In this document: piece after piece, positions 62,277 to 64,000 of the stretch | Numbering within the stretch: the stretch's first letter is position 1 | How the letters are laid out: the number at the start of each line of letters is the position of its first letter | NCBI GenBank assembly: GCA_963773905.1 | Contig: CAVZDB010000008.1 | Location: forward strand, 575,200 to 639,199 | DNA length: 64,000 nt | Reading direction: 5' to 3' | Source: an uncultured Acidobacteriota bacterium | Lineage (GTDB): Bacteria > Acidobacteriota > Thermoanaerobaculia > UBA5066 > Gp7-AA6 | Position numbers and translations under genes: made by a program | The notes under the pieces: generated by a model | Seen by the model: only the letters and a program-made list of their open reading frames with translations | Told to the model about the DNA's origin: nothing | The model's database searches: none

Positions 62277-62807
62277 ATGCCCCGGCACATCGCGTTTCTG
62301 CGCGCCATCAACGTGGGCGTGCACGTCGTCCCCATGGAGGCGCTGCGCCGCCTCTTCGAGCGCCTGGGCCACTCCGAGGTCGAGACCTTCATCGCGAGCG
62401 GCAACGTCATCTTCGCGTCGGCCTCGAGGAACACGGGGGCGCTCGAGCGGGCGATCGCGGCGCATCTCGAGAAGGCGCTCGGCTACGGAGTCGCGACCTT
62501 CATCCGCTCGCCGGCCCAGCTCGCAGCAATCTCTGGCCACCGTGCGTTCCCGCGTGAAGCCGCGGGCACGAGCCTCCACGTGGGGTTCCTCTCCGCGACG
62601 CCGGCGGCGGCCGCGGTCCGCGCGCTCGAGTCCCTGCGGACGGGCACCGACGACTTCCGTGTCCGCGAGCGCGAGGTCTACTGGCGCATCCACGGCGGGT
62701 TCAGCGACTCGAAGTTCTCGGGCGCGAAGCTCGAGAAGCTCCTCGGCGTCCAGGCGACGTTTCGCAACCTGAACACCGTCACGAAGCTCGCGGCGAAGTA
62801 CGCGTGA
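62277..62807 (+). CDS. DUF1697 family protein
   Basis: MPRHIAFLRAINVGVHVVPMEALRRLFERLGHSEVETFIASGNVIFAS. Confidence 0.85.
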   Translation: MPRHIAFLRAINVGVHVVPMEALRRLFERLGHSEVETFIASGNVIFASASRNTGALERAIAAHLEKALGYGVATFIRSPAQLAAISGHRAFPREAAGTSLHVGFLSATPAAAAVRALESLRTGTDDFRVREREVYWRIHGGFSDSKFSGAKLEKLLGVQATFRNLNTVTKLAAKYA

Positions 62808-62835
62808 GCCGGGGAGCCGGCGGGCCGCGGCGGGC

Positions 62836-63672
62836 GTGGGCGTAACCAAGGCCGTCCTCCTCGCCGCGGGGCTCGGCCGCCGGATGCGGCAGCGGGAGCC
62901 CGGCGGCGCCGGCGGATCCCGAGCCTCTTCACTGGACGCCGGCCAGGCGGCCGCGGCGGATGCTGGCCTGAAGGGCCTCGTCCCGGTCCCGCGGCCGTTT
63001 CTCGACTACGTGCTCTCGGCCCTCGCGGACGCCGGGATCGAGGAGGTCTGCCTGGTGATCGGGCCGGGCGCGGCCAACCCGATCCGGGAGCGGTACGCGG
63101 CGCTGCCGATGGGCCGGCTCGCCGTCCGCTTCGCGGTCCAGGAGTCTCCGCGGGGGACGGCCGACGCGACGCTCGCGGCGGAGGAGTTCGCGGCGGGCGC
63201 CGACTTCCTCCTCGCCAACGCCGACAACTATTATCCGCTCGTGGCGTACCGCGCGCTTCGGGCCCTCTCCGAGCCGGGACTGCCCGTCTTCGAGCGCGAC
63301 GCGCTGCAGCGGCGGGGCAACGTGCCGGCGGAGCGCATCGCCCGGTACGCGACGCTGCGGATCGCGGCGGACGGCTCCCTCGCGCGCATCGACGAGAAGC
63401 CGGGCCCCGAGGCGCTCCTCACGGAGCGCGGGCCAGTCCTCGTCAGCATGAACCTCTGGCGCTTCTCGCCCGCGATCTTCGAGGCGTGCCGGCGCGTCCC
63501 GGTCTCCGCGCGCGGCGAGCGCGAGCTCCCGCAGGCGGTCCAGCTCGGGATCGACGCGCTCGGGCTCCGGTTCTGCGCCGTCCCGTGCGCCGAGGGCGTG
63601 CTCGACCTCTCGACGCGCGAGGACGTCGCGTCCGTCGAGCGCGCGCTCGCCGGGATCGAGGTCCGGCTGTGA
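62836..63672 (+). CDS. Sugar-phosphate nucleotidyltransferase (NTP_transferase family)
   Basis: Contains KAVLLAAGLGRRM, GTADA, and LLANADNYYP. Confidence 0.72.
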   Translation: MGVTKAVLLAAGLGRRMRQREPGGAGGSRASSLDAGQAAAADAGLKGLVPVPRPFLDYVLSALADAGIEEVCLVIGPGAANPIRERYAALPMGRLAVRFAVQESPRGTADATLAAEEFAAGADFLLANADNYYPLVAYRALRALSEPGLPVFERDALQRRGNVPAERIARYATLRIAADGSLARIDEKPGPEALLTERGPVLVSMNLWRFSPAIFEACRRVPVSARGERELPQAVQLGIDALGLRFCAVPCAEGVLDLSTREDVASVERALAGIEVRL

Positions 63673-64000
63673 GCCTCGGCGCGCTCGAGGACCGGCTGCA
63701 GGCGGAGGGGCTGAGCGCCTCCGAGGCGCGGCGCAAGGGCGAGCTCTTCGAGCCGGTCGATGCGGCGCTCGCCGCGACGAGGGAAGCCTCCGGCGGGGCC
63801 TCGCCGGGGGAACCGGCGCGGCGCTGGTTCGTGCCGGGCCGGATCGAGGTTCTGGGCAAGCACACGGACTACGCCGGCGGCCGCAGCCTCCTCTGCACCG
63901 CGGGCCGGGGCTTCTGCGTCGCGGCCGCTCCGCGCTCGGACCGCACCGTCCGCATCACCGATGTGGCCCGCGGTCTGACCGAGGAGGTCGCGCTGGACGC
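63669..64000 (+). CDS. GHMP-family sugar kinase (galactokinase-like), N-terminal part (3' end beyond window)
   Basis: GTG overlapping the upstream TGA. Contains FVPGRIEVLGKHTDYAGGRSL (galactokinase-signature-like). Confidence 0.7.
   Translation, partial: MSLGALEDRLQAEGLSASEARRKGELFEPVDAALAATREASGGASPGEPARRWFVPGRIEVLGKHTDYAGGRSLLCTAGRGFCVAAAPRSDRTVRITDVARGLTEEVALD

Overview
High-GC bacterial chromosomal segment with no transposase, integrase, phage or plasmid genes. Conserved housekeeping operons dominate. These are radC-metG-tatD; on the minus strand rimP-nusA-infB-DUF503-rbfA-truB-rpsO-pnp; htrA plus a sigma54-type response regulator; pyrE; two tRNA-Val followed by thrS-infC-rpmI-rplT-pheS-pheT, a ZapB-like gene, zapA-rny-ymdB; and xseA-xseB-ispA. 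There are two envelope glycosylation modules: GtrB-like GT2 + YfhO-like + methyltransferase, and GT2 + O-antigen-ligase-like. The last ~11 kb (53-64 kb) looks accessory. It holds small stress/detox-fold genes (SnoaL, DHFR-like, SRPBCC, VOC, rhodanese, YjbR, DUF5996, MerB-like, DUF1697), then a nucleotidyltransferase/GHMP-kinase pair. Three observations stand out. (1) Two genes carry an in-frame UGA at a catalytic Cys position, each followed by a SECIS-like hairpin. One is a Bcp-type peroxiredoxin, a known selenoprotein type. The other is a MerB/alkylmercury-lyase-family protein with UGA on the Cys159 equivalent, which appears to be a new selenoprotein candidate. (2) There are eleven structured intergenic repeats. 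They include three families of hairpins whose arms are arrays of about 4-6 tandem heptamers (GGATTTT, GGTGAYA, AGCTNNN). These sit at gene junctions inside operons and often contain the upstream stop codon. (3) About twenty frame breaks occur in otherwise well conserved genes, strongly clustered in pnp and the NtrC-like gene. Indel errors in the assembly are the simplest explanation. Taxonomy cannot be proven from the window.
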